Assembly (NCBI GenBank): GCA_030066875.1
Contig: JASJAS010000007.1
Location: 10,744 to 74,743, forward strand
Direction: 5' to 3'
From: Acidimicrobiia bacterium
Lineage (GTDB): Bacteria > Actinomycetota > Acidimicrobiia > Spongiisociales > UBA5794
DNA: 64,000 nt
Positions 17,789 through 27,261 of this stretch are shown here, piece by piece. Position 1 is the stretch's first letter. Every line of letters starts with the position of its first letter. Below the pieces are notes generated by a model. The model made no database searches and had not been told where the DNA came from. It was given only the letters and a program-made list of their open reading frames with translations. The position numbers and the translations under genes are program-made.

Positions 17789-18820
17789 ATGCGAATTGCC
17801 GATGCTCGTCACGAATTCCCGGGTGCACCCGGATACCTCAACACCGCTGCCATCGGGTTGCCCCCGCAACGCGCGGTCGATGCGCTGCAGACGGCCATCG
17901 CCGAATGGCAGGGAGGGAAGGCCCACGCCCCGGCGTACGACGACGACATCGCTGCGGCACGGCGGTTGTATGCCCAACTCGCCGGAGTGCCCGTGGGTTG
18001 GGTGGCCATCGGCAGCCAGGTGTCTGCACTCGTGGCTTTGGCGGTCACCGCGATTCCGTCGGGTTCGAGGGTGCTTTGTCCGGACGACGAGTTCAGCTCT
18101 GTGATCTTCCCCCTGCTCGTGCGGTCGGATCTCGAAGTGACGTTCGTTCCTCTCGAAGCACTCCCCGATGCCATCAGACCTGAAGTCGATGTGGTTGCGT
18201 TCTCTCTCGTTCAGTCTGCCGACGGTCGCGTTGCCGACTTGGCTGCCATCGAGACGGCGGCCGACGACCATGGGGCGCTGACCATCGTCGACGTGACCCA
18301 GGGTGTCGGCTGGTTGCCTTTCGATGCCACCCGTTTCGACGTCGTCATTGCCGGCACCTACAAGTGGCTGCTCAGCCCTCGCGGCACTGCCTTCATGACT
18401 GTGCGCCCCGAGATCCAGACCCGAATGCAACCCCTATATGCCGGCTGGTACGCAGGCGAAGACCCCTGGGACAGCATCTACGGGCCACCGCTGCGGTTGG
18501 CCACCAATGCCAGACGCTTCGACCTATCGCCCGGCTGGCTGAACTGGGTTGCGCTGGTCCCTGCACTCGAACTACTGCTCGAAGTGGGAGTCGCCACTAT
18601 CCGGCGACATAATGTCGGGCTGGCCAATTCGTTGCGCGACCGGCTCGGGCACCGGCCGGGCAACTCCGCCATCGTGTCACTCGAACTCGAGCCGGACTTC
18701 GACAACGCTCGACTCGAAGGACTGCACACCGCGTATCGGGCGGGGAGGTTGCGAGCCGGATTCCACCTCTACAACACCGAAGAGGATGTCGAGAGGCTGG
18801 CGGCGGCACTGAGCAGTTAG
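17789..18820 (+). CDS. aminotransferase class V-fold PLP-dependent enzyme
   Basis: GYLNTAAIGLPP at the N-terminus and a PLP-lysine context AGTYKWLLSPRG. Start chosen at MRIADARHEF. Confidence 0.8.
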   Translation: MRIADARHEFPGAPGYLNTAAIGLPPQRAVDALQTAIAEWQGGKAHAPAYDDDIAAARRLYAQLAGVPVGWVAIGSQVSALVALAVTAIPSGSRVLCPDDEFSSVIFPLLVRSDLEVTFVPLEALPDAIRPEVDVVAFSLVQSADGRVADLAAIETAADDHGALTIVDVTQGVGWLPFDATRFDVVIAGTYKWLLSPRGTAFMTVRPEIQTRMQPLYAGWYAGEDPWDSIYGPPLRLATNARRFDLSPGWLNWVALVPALELLLEVGVATIRRHNVGLANSLRDRLGHRPGNSAIVSLELEPDFDNARLEGLHTAYRAGRLRAGFHLYNTEEDVERLAAALSS

Positions 18821-20280
18821 TCGAGGTCTTGTAGCCGTCCGAGAACCGGTTCGAAGGCCCTCCCGCCGATGCCAAAGAAGGCGTCGGGACCGACTGCAAG
18901 CTGTGGCGGAAGATACCCGGAGGTGAGACTGTCGGGCCGGTCATATGGACCATCCCAAGTGATTCCGTCAGCACTGAAGAGCATTACCTGACGCACGTCC
19001 TCGTCGTTGGAAACTAGGGGCACAACACCAGTGATCATCCATCCCAGTTCGCCTGCCGCCACTGCGTCGATGAAATCTACTTCGAGGTCGACCCGAGCCC
19101 AGTCCAGCCCGTCGTCCGAAACCCAGATTGCGGCACTTGTCGGGCCGGTGCTACCAACAGCCACAAACCGGCCATTGCGTTCGGTCACCTTTGGCAGTAT
19201 CGCTGCGTTCTCCCCGAAGGGAGATTCGGTGGCAACCTGAACCCAGGTGTCGCCATCGCTGGAGAACCATGGAATCGGTTCGCATATCTTTGGCTTGCCC
19301 CAATCCAGGGGATGGGCTGCGGTAAGAGCTACAAAGCCATCAGGCGCAGCGAGGATCGAACCGATCTCCGAGTCCTCGAAGTCCAGGGGGTAGATACCTT
19401 CGCTACACCCGCCGGCCATGCCGCCCCACCCCTCCTGGGGTTCGCCGGCAAGAGCCAACGCCTCGGGAGTGGGAGGGCTGCTGGCCTCGGTGAACTGCTG
19501 CCCGTCGCTCGAATACAGGACCTTGTCGTAGGTGGCGACAGCGGTCCCGTGGGGACCCGAAGTCACGAGTTGCACTCCGTAGACATCTAGTTGGTTCGCC
19601 TCAGCCCACGTTTCGCCATTCCAGACCCAACGAGCGGCAACCTGATCACCGTGGACGACCACATCGCTGCCGACGACGGAGACCCGGTCGACCCGGTATG
19701 GAACCGGAGCGCCTTGCCATGTCAGGTAGTCGGTGGACCACCAGAGCGTGTCGCCTTCGAGAGCAACCAAACCATACGGTGTCGCCTCGGGTATGTAGAT
19801 CCACTCAGCAGACCGGCCCAGTGCTCCCAGCCTTACAAACTCGAGATCGCCAACGACGGTTGAGATCTCCATTCGAAATCCCTCGGGAGCGAGTACCTCT
19901 TCCTCCGTTGTCGGCTGTGTTGGGAGTGTCGTGGTCACCGATGGTGGTGTAATCGCGGGTGGGGTGGTAGCGCCATCCGCCCGCAGCAAGAGCGTCGCGA
20001 CACCGACGATGATCAGGAGAACAGCGGCGATGCCAACAGCAACTGCTGGGCCCAGTCGCGGTGCCACTAGGCGCGAGAGTCGACCGGAGCGCAAAGAAGC
20101 ACGGGACTCTGCAGTGAACTCGAGCAGATCCGTGGGGACAGACCGCTCTCCCGCCGATGGCAGAAGGGCCGCCTGAGCCAGTGCCACAAAGCGGGCGAGT
20201 TCATCCGGCTCGAGTTGGTCTGGATCTGCGACCGGATTGGCCGCCCGGATCAGATCATGCATTGCGTCGGCTTCGATCAC
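18817..20280 (-). CDS. single-pass membrane protein with an extracytoplasmic Asp-box-like beta-propeller, coupled to an ECF sigma (possible non-canonical anti-sigma or sensor)
   Basis: GTGA overlap with the sigma gene. TM segment PAVAVGIAAVLLIIVGVATLLL. S-x-D-G-x-x-W motifs (SSDGDTW, SDDGLDW, SADGITW). The ectodomain aligns with the C-terminal half of the 24146-26413 product. Confidence 0.7.
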   Translation of the reverse strand: MIEADAMHDLIRAANPVADPDQLEPDELARFVALAQAALLPSAGERSVPTDLLEFTAESRASLRSGRLSRLVAPRLGPAVAVGIAAVLLIIVGVATLLLRADGATTPPAITPPSVTTTLPTQPTTEEEVLAPEGFRMEISTVVGDLEFVRLGALGRSAEWIYIPEATPYGLVALEGDTLWWSTDYLTWQGAPVPYRVDRVSVVGSDVVVHGDQVAARWVWNGETWAEANQLDVYGVQLVTSGPHGTAVATYDKVLYSSDGQQFTEASSPPTPEALALAGEPQEGWGGMAGGCSEGIYPLDFEDSEIGSILAAPDGFVALTAAHPLDWGKPKICEPIPWFSSDGDTWVQVATESPFGENAAILPKVTERNGRFVAVGSTGPTSAAIWVSDDGLDWARVDLEVDFIDAVAAGELGWMITGVVPLVSNDEDVRQVMLFSADGITWDGPYDRPDSLTSGYLPPQLAVGPDAFFGIGGRAFEPVLGRLQDLD

Positions 20281-20843
20281 GACAGCTCACCTCCTCCCGA
20301 TTGTCGAGCGACTCTGTCGGTCCCGTGATGGCGGTCCAGTCGCTGGAACTCCTTGCACACTTGGCGGGTAGCTCTGTAGATGCGCTGGGTGACCGCCTGG
20401 GTTGAGCAACCGAGCAGCTCGGCGATGGCGGCGTGGGGCAGCTCTTCCCACAACGCCAGCTGCAAGACCTCCCGGTCCCGCGGTCGCAAGGAGGCCAGTG
20501 CACGCAGCACCTGTTCGTCCTGTTCCCTGCGTACCACTTGTATCTCCGGCGAGGGGTCGGTGCTCGTCGTGTTGTCGCGCAGCGTGCTGTGGAGTCGCTG
20601 ACGTCGCCGGCTCGCCCGAAACTCATTGGCCAGGGTCCTCCGAGCGACCCCGTAGAGCCACGGCAACGACGATTCGCCGCTCGGTACGTCGTCTAAGCGT
20701 CGCCATGCGGTGAGGAAGGTTTGGGCGGCACAGTCGGCGGCGGTCTGAGCATCAGTACGCCTCCGGCAATAGGCGTAGATGGCGCGGTGGTAGTCGTCGA
20801 ACAGCCGGCGGTAGCGCTGCTCAGCATCCAGTGTGGGAGTCAC
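20277..20843 (-). CDS. ECF-type RNA polymerase sigma-70 factor
   Basis: Region 2 (YRRLFDDYHRAIYAYCRRR) and region 4 (REVLQLALWEELPHAAIAELLGCSTQAVTQRIYRA). The start could instead be 20900. Confidence 0.85.
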   Translation of the reverse strand: MTPTLDAEQRYRRLFDDYHRAIYAYCRRRTDAQTAADCAAQTFLTAWRRLDDVPSGESSLPWLYGVARRTLANEFRASRRRQRLHSTLRDNTTSTDPSPEIQVVRREQDEQVLRALASLRPRDREVLQLALWEELPHAAIAELLGCSTQAVTQRIYRATRQVCKEFQRLDRHHGTDRVARQSGGGELS

Positions 20844-20921
20844 CAGCCACCTCGTTGGTCCTACACCTTGGGAGCGTCCGGACCCTTTCATCCATAACAC
20901 AGAAACCCGAAGGACGCTTGA

Positions 20922-22001
20922 TCAAGTCTCACCTGCAGCGACCACTGTGTCGACAAGAACCGCCATACCCTCGTCGCCCCACTTGTCGTGGGTTGCGCCG
21001 GGCATCACGATCAGCGATGCGTCGTATCCGGATTCGTTCAGAATTTCGACTGCGTACTCGCCCGACTCCCTCACGTTGAACTCGCCATCTTCGAGAAAGC
21101 CACGCGCATCGAGATCAGCGACCAGGTCAATGTCGCGATGGCGATACGACAACCAGGATGCTGCGGGATCGGGCCCGACGCTGCGCGTGTAGGGCTCCAC
21201 GATGATTTCCGCAACTACCACACGGATCGGGATGTCCTGCGAGCCATCGAGCAACCGCCAAGGCGAAACCGAGTAGAAGATCTCAGGGTCGGCCTGGTAC
21301 TTGGCATCCCCGTGGCCGCACAGCAGCCAGTCAGCATCGACGGGAACCAACGCCTGGACCGGACCTCCCGGCCCCGAGGACAAACACCCATCCACGGGAT
21401 CGACCTCGGACAAACCCGCCATGAGTATCTGGCTTGCTCCCGCGGAGTAACCGTACAAAGTGATGTTGTCCGGGTCGCCGCCATACTCCGCGGTATGGCT
21501 GCGCGCATACGCAACCGCACACTCCGCCTGCCGGACAGTGAGAGCGCCGGTCCCCGTGTCTGACTGGACGCCAGATTCGAGGTGCCCCCAGTTGGGCAGG
21601 AAGACGACACGGCCTTGCTCAGCGATCAGCTGCCCATCGGACCTGTTCCAGTTCTTGTCCGCAAAGCGCGGGCCCCCGTGGAACACGACCACCGTCGGGT
21701 GACCATCGCCATCCACAGGGCTGATTACATCGATCTCACCCGACTTCGTCCTGAAGGGAGCACCCGCGGCGTGGTATCTCAGCCCCTCCGTGAGCACTGT
21801 CGCCAAGCCGCCCGGGGTCTTTGCAGCCAGCTCCGATACGACCGTTGTCGCAACCACAGGTGTCGTAGAAACCGCCACCGCTTCCGCAGCACCCGACACG
21901 GTGGTGGCGGTTTCGGCAGCTCCGGCAGCGGCGGGCTCTACATCGCTGCCGCACGCAGCAAGCAGAGTGAGCGCTGCCGCAATGGAGATGATCTTCCTCA
22001 T
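20922..22001 (-). CDS. secreted lipoprotein, alpha/beta-hydrolase (serine esterase-like), paralog 1
   Basis: Lipobox LTLLAAC. Nucleophile elbow LYGYSAGAS. C-terminal GATHD. SD-like AAGGGGA upstream. Confidence 0.8.
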   Translation of the reverse strand: MRKIISIAAALTLLAACGSDVEPAAAGAAETATTVSGAAEAVAVSTTPVVATTVVSELAAKTPGGLATVLTEGLRYHAAGAPFRTKSGEIDVISPVDGDGHPTVVVFHGGPRFADKNWNRSDGQLIAEQGRVVFLPNWGHLESGVQSDTGTGALTVRQAECAVAYARSHTAEYGGDPDNITLYGYSAGASQILMAGLSEVDPVDGCLSSGPGGPVQALVPVDADWLLCGHGDAKYQADPEIFYSVSPWRLLDGSQDIPIRVVVAEIIVEPYTRSVGPDPAASWLSYRHRDIDLVADLDARGFLEDGEFNVRESGEYAVEILNESGYDASLIVMPGATHDKWGDEGMAVLVDTVVAAGET

Positions 22002-22093
22002 GACTGTCCCCTTGTCAGTGACTTCAGCGGCAATTCCCCCTCTGCAAGGTGATTGTCCGGACCCGCCGCTTCATAACACCGAACCAAGAAGCG

Positions 22094-23107
22094 CTACCTG
22101 TTCCCGGCCGCAACCACCGTATCGACTACGAGCGCCGTACCCTCCTCACCCCACACCTCGTGCGTCGCGTCGGGCATCACAACAAGGTCTGCGTCATATC
22201 CGATCTCAACCAGGATCTCGACAGCGTATTCATTCGATTCCTTCAGACTGAGTTCGCCATCCGCGAGGTAGCCACGAGCATCGAGATCCGCCACCAGGTC
22301 GATATCGCTATGCCGGTATGACAGCCAGGATGTCGCCGGATCGGACCCGACGCTGCGCGTGTAGCTACCAACGTGCTCGGGAACCATCACACGAATCACG
22401 ATGTCTTGCGATCCATCGAGGTGTCGCCATGGCGTCGCCAGGTAGAAGAGTTCAGGCTGCTCGCGAAGCATCGTGTCCCAGCCGCCGCCGAGTGTCCAAT
22501 CAGCGTCGATCGGCACCAGAGCCTGTGACTGGACGGGCCCGCCGGACGCAGCGCAGGTCTCAAGGGGATCGAAGCCGGCTAGCCCAGCCATGAGAACGGC
22601 GTTCCCGCCAGCAGAGAGCCCGTACAAGGTGATGTTGTCCGGATCGCCCCCGTACTCCTCCGCGTGGGCATGTGCAAAGAGAACGGCGCAGCTCAACTCC
22701 TGCTTTTCCATCTCCCACACACGCTGGGCCCCCAAATCCGAGACCGCATACGAGTCGAAGTGCCCCCAAGCGGGAAGAAACACGACACGTCCCTGTTCTG
22801 CGATCAGGTGCGCATCCGGCCGATGCCACCCCTTGCTGGCGACCCGTGGATCCCCGTGGAAGACAACCACGGTCGGCCAAGGGCCACCCTCAATGGGAGC
22901 AATCACATCGACGGCACCTGAGTTGGGCTTGAAGGGCTCGCCGCCGGAGTGATACCTGAGGCCCTCGGTCATCTCCGTTGTCATTGCAGCGGGGGCAGTG
23001 GTTTCGACAGCTTTGGGACCAGCTGCTGCGACCGCCGCAGGCTCTGACTCACCACCGCACGCCGCCAACAGGGCAAATGCGATGCCGACAACCGTGGTCT
23101 TCTTCAT
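22094..23107 (-). CDS. secreted lipoprotein, alpha/beta-hydrolase (serine esterase-like), paralog 2
   Basis: Lipobox FALLAAC. LYGLSAGGN. Alignable end to end with the 20922-22001 product. Its start lies 1 nt after the upstream stop. Confidence 0.8.
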   Translation of the reverse strand: MKKTTVVGIAFALLAACGGESEPAAVAAAGPKAVETTAPAAMTTEMTEGLRYHSGGEPFKPNSGAVDVIAPIEGGPWPTVVVFHGDPRVASKGWHRPDAHLIAEQGRVVFLPAWGHFDSYAVSDLGAQRVWEMEKQELSCAVLFAHAHAEEYGGDPDNITLYGLSAGGNAVLMAGLAGFDPLETCAASGGPVQSQALVPIDADWTLGGGWDTMLREQPELFYLATPWRHLDGSQDIVIRVMVPEHVGSYTRSVGSDPATSWLSYRHSDIDLVADLDARGYLADGELSLKESNEYAVEILVEIGYDADLVVMPDATHEVWGEEGTALVVDTVVAAGNR

Positions 23108-23108
23108 G

Positions 23109-24128
23109 TCATGTCCCCTCTTCTGCACGGCCTCCACCTGCCGTCGCCGCAGACAACAGGCTGGTTGGCTCGTGGTAGACGGTCTCGCGGTGAATCAGTC
23201 CTGCCGGATCCAGGTCGACATACGTGTACAGATCGCGGACATACCGATTGCCCATTTCGAGAGTCGTCACAGCCTCCTGTGTCTGCACGACTCCTTCGTC
23301 GCTCACGGTGGCGCGATAGTGAATAGTGACGCCAAGCAGCTTCCCGTGGTAGGGATCGTTTTCGCTTGGTTGCCCGTAGCCGTCGGTCCAGGAGAACAGA
23401 TCGACGACCTCAATCGAAAGCTCCCCGGCCGACCCAAAACGGTCGTCGGCAAGGTCGCCGATGGAAACAGCACCAGCTGCCTCCAGACCGAGCAAGCTGT
23501 CGGTGAAGTGCGCTTCGTCGGCATAGAGCGCGGCTATCGCATCGGCGTCACGTGCAGTCCAGGCGGCGACATACCGATTCACGGCTTGCTGCAGGGCTGG
23601 ACATCCATCGATGGCAAAGCACCCAAAACCGGCACGCTCGTTGTCCTTCGGGTACCACCACACGTCGCTTTCGACTACCAGGCCGTCCTCAAAGACAAAG
23701 GTCTCGAAGTAGCTCATTCCGTCAGCCCGCGGCCCCTCCACCGGATAGCCAACATCCGTCGGCCACAGCCCTCGCCATAGCTGTATGTAGGCCGCCCCAT
23801 CGGTGGAAATGAAGGTGTCGTTCACCTCGATGGTGTAATCGGTCAACCGCTCCCAGGTTCTCCACATGTTGAGCCAGGCTTGCTTGCCACCGTCCGAGTC
23901 ACGTCCGCTGGGATCGGCTCCGGTTAGGTCCTCCGCATAGACCGAGGCGTACGCATCTACGTCTGGCCACACTGCCATATGCCGCTCGGCAAACGCGTCT
24001 GCCTCAACGCTGAGCTGCCTGACCTCCTCAGCGGGCACAACGGGGGACGGAAGCAACCCACCGCCGTCCGATCCGCTGCACGCCGCAATGAGCAGCACTA
24101 GAACGAGTCCGGTCATCATTCTGCTCAT
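23109..24128 (-). CDS. secreted lipoprotein with two putative NTF2/SnoaL-like domains
   Basis: Lipobox LLIAAC after AAGGAGAGG-ATG. AVNRYVAAWTARDADAIAALYADEAHF is SnoaL-like. The domain call is tentative. Confidence 0.55.
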   Translation of the reverse strand: MSRMMTGLVLVLLIAACSGSDGGGLLPSPVVPAEEVRQLSVEADAFAERHMAVWPDVDAYASVYAEDLTGADPSGRDSDGGKQAWLNMWRTWERLTDYTIEVNDTFISTDGAAYIQLWRGLWPTDVGYPVEGPRADGMSYFETFVFEDGLVVESDVWWYPKDNERAGFGCFAIDGCPALQQAVNRYVAAWTARDADAIAALYADEAHFTDSLLGLEAAGAVSIGDLADDRFGSAGELSIEVVDLFSWTDGYGQPSENDPYHGKLLGVTIHYRATVSDEGVVQTQEAVTTLEMGNRYVRDLYTYVDLDPAGLIHRETVYHEPTSLLSAATAGGGRAEEGT

Positions 24129-24145
24129 GAGCCTCTCCTTCCGGC

Positions 24146-26413
24146 TCACTCCCCCAATCGCCCGACGACGATCCCGTCGTGCGTACCGTTGACGGAAACG
24201 AAGGTGTCGGTTCCAACCGAGGCTTCGTGGCGGAAGTACACCCAGCCGAGCCCAGCCGGACCTTCATAGGGCCCGTCCCAGGCCACACCATCGGATGAGA
24301 ACCACATATCCGCCGCTATCAGATCACCACTGCTCGTCGTCCGGTGTCCGCTCAAGAACCACCCGAGTTCTCCGCCGGCCACACCGAGGATCGACTCGAG
24401 CTGCGGCACCTCGACCGCACGCCAGTCGATGCCGTCGTCCGAGACCCAGACTTTGGTCGCCGGCTCGTCCCATGAACTACCGATGGCTACGAACCGTCCC
24501 CCGAAATCGGCGACATCCCAGACCGCGGTGCGCGATCCAAACGGGGACTCCGGCGTTCGCAGCTCCCATACATCGCCGTCTGTCGAGGACCAAGCCAGCG
24601 GCTCACACAACTGGGCTGCGCGGCCATCCCAGGCGGCATCCGGCGATCCAAGAATCACATAGCCGGCTTCGGTCACGAGAATCGGCCCGATACCGTCGCC
24701 TGCGAACGTTGGCTGCGTACCGGAGCACAATCCGGCTCCGTCGCCGGGTTCGGGACCAAACCCCGCCTCTTGGAAGTTCAATCCATCGTTCGAGAAGTAG
24801 ATCGTCGAGTCAACCAGCGCCACCGCACCGCCGGGCCCGAACGCGATGTCTTGCGTCACGCCGCGGAAGTCAACCGGTACGCCTTCGACCCAGCCCTCGC
24901 CATCCCACTCATAGCGGGTGAACCCGTCGCCAAAGCCGATAAGGTCTTCGCCGTCAGTGGTCAACCGTGGCTGGTGCCGGAGCAGGTTCGTCCCATGCCA
25001 CGTCACATAGTCTTCGGACCAGTACAGCCTGGCTTCTCCCGGTATCACCCCACCGAATGGCGTGGCGGCCACATAGCCGAAGTCACGGGTTGGAGATGGT
25101 TTCATCGATGTGAACGCGAGATCGCCGATCGCCGTCGACATCCGTATCGGTGCTTGCTCCGGGTCTGGCACCGCCATCCACGCTGCAGCCGGTGGCGTCG
25201 CCACCTCCTCAGGCACAAGAAAGACCGTCCCGGCGGTGCCGGCGATACCGTTGGAACTCGGCATCCACAAAGCGCCGTCCGGGTCGACCGCGATTGCGTC
25301 GAGTGGACCGTAGGGGCCATCGCCAACGTCGGTCGACGTGGTCCATCGGCCGCCATCGAACCGGGAGACGCCTCTGACAATTGCTTCGTGGTCCGGGCCC
25401 CAATCAACATGGACGACGGACACCGAACCATCTGCGGCTACCACCACCTCGCCATCGTTCGAGAGCAGACCATCTTCGACTGTGTAAGTGACCCAGTCGG
25501 TGCCGTCGTAGCGAGCAAACCCGACACCCGGCACGTACTCTTCTTGATCCGGACCCGTGAAGTAGCCCTGGTCCCACGCCCAGACGGCTCCGTCGGGAGC
25601 AACCGCGATGTGCCATGCCCGCAATGGCGCACCATCGACTTCAGTGAAGAGCTGCCATTCCGAGCCATCAAACGAGAAGATGCCGTTCTCATGGGTTCCG
25701 GCCCAGAGCGTTCCGTCATCACCCACAGCCAAACCGTCCGGTCCAATCACGCCACCGGCGGGTAGGGCAACCGAAGTCCATTCCCCGTCGTATCTGGCGA
25801 GAGGCTCGCTGGCTACCGCAGCCCAAACGACACCCTCCTGGTCCACCACCAAGGCTCCGAGTTGCCCCGCAAGCTCCGGCGTGTCCGCATCCGAATAGAC
25901 CGTCCACATTCCGTCGTAGCGGCCGATCCCCTGGTCCCCGACGACCCATACCGTCCCGTCCGGAGCGACCTCAATCTCCTCAACGCTGCGCCCGGGGATC
26001 CCGTCGCCCTCATGAAAGATCTCGAACTCGCCGGTCGCTACATCCCACCGCACGGCTCCGGCGGCCGTCGCCGCCCACAGATCACCATTCGGAGCAAGGG
26101 CCAGGTCATTGACGTCGTTGAGGGGGCCGGTCGCTTCCCCACCGGGAATCGTCGTCGGCACTATCGGTGCCTCGGTGGCAGGGGGCAGCTCTTCGCCGCC
26201 AAAGGGACGGAGAAGCAGCACAGTCGCCGCCACGAGAACGAGCATCCCTACCGCCGTCCCCAACGCAACGGCAAGACCTCGCCGCCAAGTCGGTCGTCCC
26301 ACGATCTCGGTGCTTGCGGCCTCGGCGCGGGCGTCTTCCAGAACAGCATGCGCGCCTCGTTCCTCGCCCCTCTCGGCGAGCAGGCGTAGCGACCGGCTCA
26401 ATTCCTCACCCAT
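24146..26413 (-). CDS. single-pass membrane protein with a 7-blade regulator-propeller-like domain plus an Asp-box-like propeller, coupled to an ECF sigma
   Basis: ATGGGTGA overlap with the sigma stop. TM segment LAVALGTAVGMLVLVAATVLLL. Seven repeats of the type DGTLWAGTHENGIFSFDG. The C-terminal half is paralogous to the 18817-20280 product (STDGDVW, SDDGIDW, SSDGVAW). Confidence 0.7.
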   Translation of the reverse strand: MGEELSRSLRLLAERGEERGAHAVLEDARAEAASTEIVGRPTWRRGLAVALGTAVGMLVLVAATVLLLRPFGGEELPPATEAPIVPTTIPGGEATGPLNDVNDLALAPNGDLWAATAAGAVRWDVATGEFEIFHEGDGIPGRSVEEIEVAPDGTVWVVGDQGIGRYDGMWTVYSDADTPELAGQLGALVVDQEGVVWAAVASEPLARYDGEWTSVALPAGGVIGPDGLAVGDDGTLWAGTHENGIFSFDGSEWQLFTEVDGAPLRAWHIAVAPDGAVWAWDQGYFTGPDQEEYVPGVGFARYDGTDWVTYTVEDGLLSNDGEVVVAADGSVSVVHVDWGPDHEAIVRGVSRFDGGRWTTSTDVGDGPYGPLDAIAVDPDGALWMPSSNGIAGTAGTVFLVPEEVATPPAAAWMAVPDPEQAPIRMSTAIGDLAFTSMKPSPTRDFGYVAATPFGGVIPGEARLYWSEDYVTWHGTNLLRHQPRLTTDGEDLIGFGDGFTRYEWDGEGWVEGVPVDFRGVTQDIAFGPGGAVALVDSTIYFSNDGLNFQEAGFGPEPGDGAGLCSGTQPTFAGDGIGPILVTEAGYVILGSPDAAWDGRAAQLCEPLAWSSTDGDVWELRTPESPFGSRTAVWDVADFGGRFVAIGSSWDEPATKVWVSDDGIDWRAVEVPQLESILGVAGGELGWFLSGHRTTSSGDLIAADMWFSSDGVAWDGPYEGPAGLGWVYFRHEASVGTDTFVSVNGTHDGIVVGRLGE

Positions 26414-26876
26414 CTGCGACCTCCCCGGCCAGTTGGGTGTAGAGGCGGCGCCGGCCGCGCATCGCACGTTTCCGTGCCGCCGCCTCGCTACAGCCCAGCA
26501 ATCCCCCAATCTCGGCATAGCGATACCCCTCGACCTCGGATAGATAGAGGACCGCCCGTTCGCGGGGCGGTAGTCGCAGTAAGTCGTTCAGGTCGGATGG
26601 GTAGACATCCTCTTCTGGGACTACAGATACCTCGAGGCGTGCCAATGCCCGCCGCCGGGCACCCAGACTGCGGCGGTAGTTCGAGGCCAGGTTGAGAATG
26701 GTGCGCCGCAGATAGGCCGCCGGCTCATCGAGATCCGTGAGTCGATGCTTGCGCAGCACTCTTGCCACCGCCTCCTGCAGAAGATCGTCAGGGTCTACCT
26801 CGATGGGTCCGACAACGGCGGCAAACCGACGCAGCGGGCCGTACAAGTCGGCAAAGAGCTGGGACTCGTCATCCAC
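26406..26876 (-). CDS. ECF-type RNA polymerase sigma-70 factor
   Basis: GTG start. Region 2 (LLQEAVARVLRK) and region 4 (RERAVLYLSEVEGYRYAEIGGLLGCSEAAARKRAMRG). Confidence 0.85.
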   Translation of the reverse strand: MDDESQLFADLYGPLRRFAAVVGPIEVDPDDLLQEAVARVLRKHRLTDLDEPAAYLRRTILNLASNYRRSLGARRRALARLEVSVVPEEDVYPSDLNDLLRLPPRERAVLYLSEVEGYRYAEIGGLLGCSEAAARKRAMRGRRRLYTQLAGEVADG

Positions 26877-27057
26877 GGCACACCCTTATTCGTCCTACGT
26901 GTAGAAGACACTCGGGCAGGCGGTTTCGTGCCCGCATCGATCCAGGTTTCCCCATCATCCGCTACAGCGCATCAGATCACAATGGTCGGCAACGGGCTAT
27001 TGACCGCCACGTTGATCTCGGTCCATGATGGGAACAGCGGACGAAAGGGTGTACTCC

Positions 27058-27243
27058 ATGAGTCACGACAGCGGGTTCCGACGCCGCGATCAGGACGCCT
27101 CCCATCAACCTACGATGCGAAAGCAGGGTCGCGACAAGGCCTCTCGTCACTTCGAGGATCGGATGAAACGCCGCTACGACACGCAGGAGAAGATGCGCAA
27201 GCTCATGGAGGAACGGAAGGAAGCTGCCCCGACCGAGGACTAG
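27058..27243 (+). CDS. hypothetical small, highly charged protein (61 aa)
   Basis: GC3-rich frame with an Arg/Lys/Asp/Glu-rich sequence. An alternative start lies at 27025. No family recognised. Confidence 0.4.
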   Translation: MSHDSGFRRRDQDASHQPTMRKQGRDKASRHFEDRMKRRYDTQEKMRKLMEERKEAAPTED

Positions 27244-27261
27244 CACGGGGCTAGTGCAGGA

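Noticed and set aside
26877-26940. Search for an autoregulatory ECF-type promoter (GGAAC-N16/17-CGT/GTT) upstream of the first ECF sigma gene.
   Set aside because: Only GAAACC is present, and no suitably spaced -10-like element follows (the spacing to CGT is about 23 nt). No call made.
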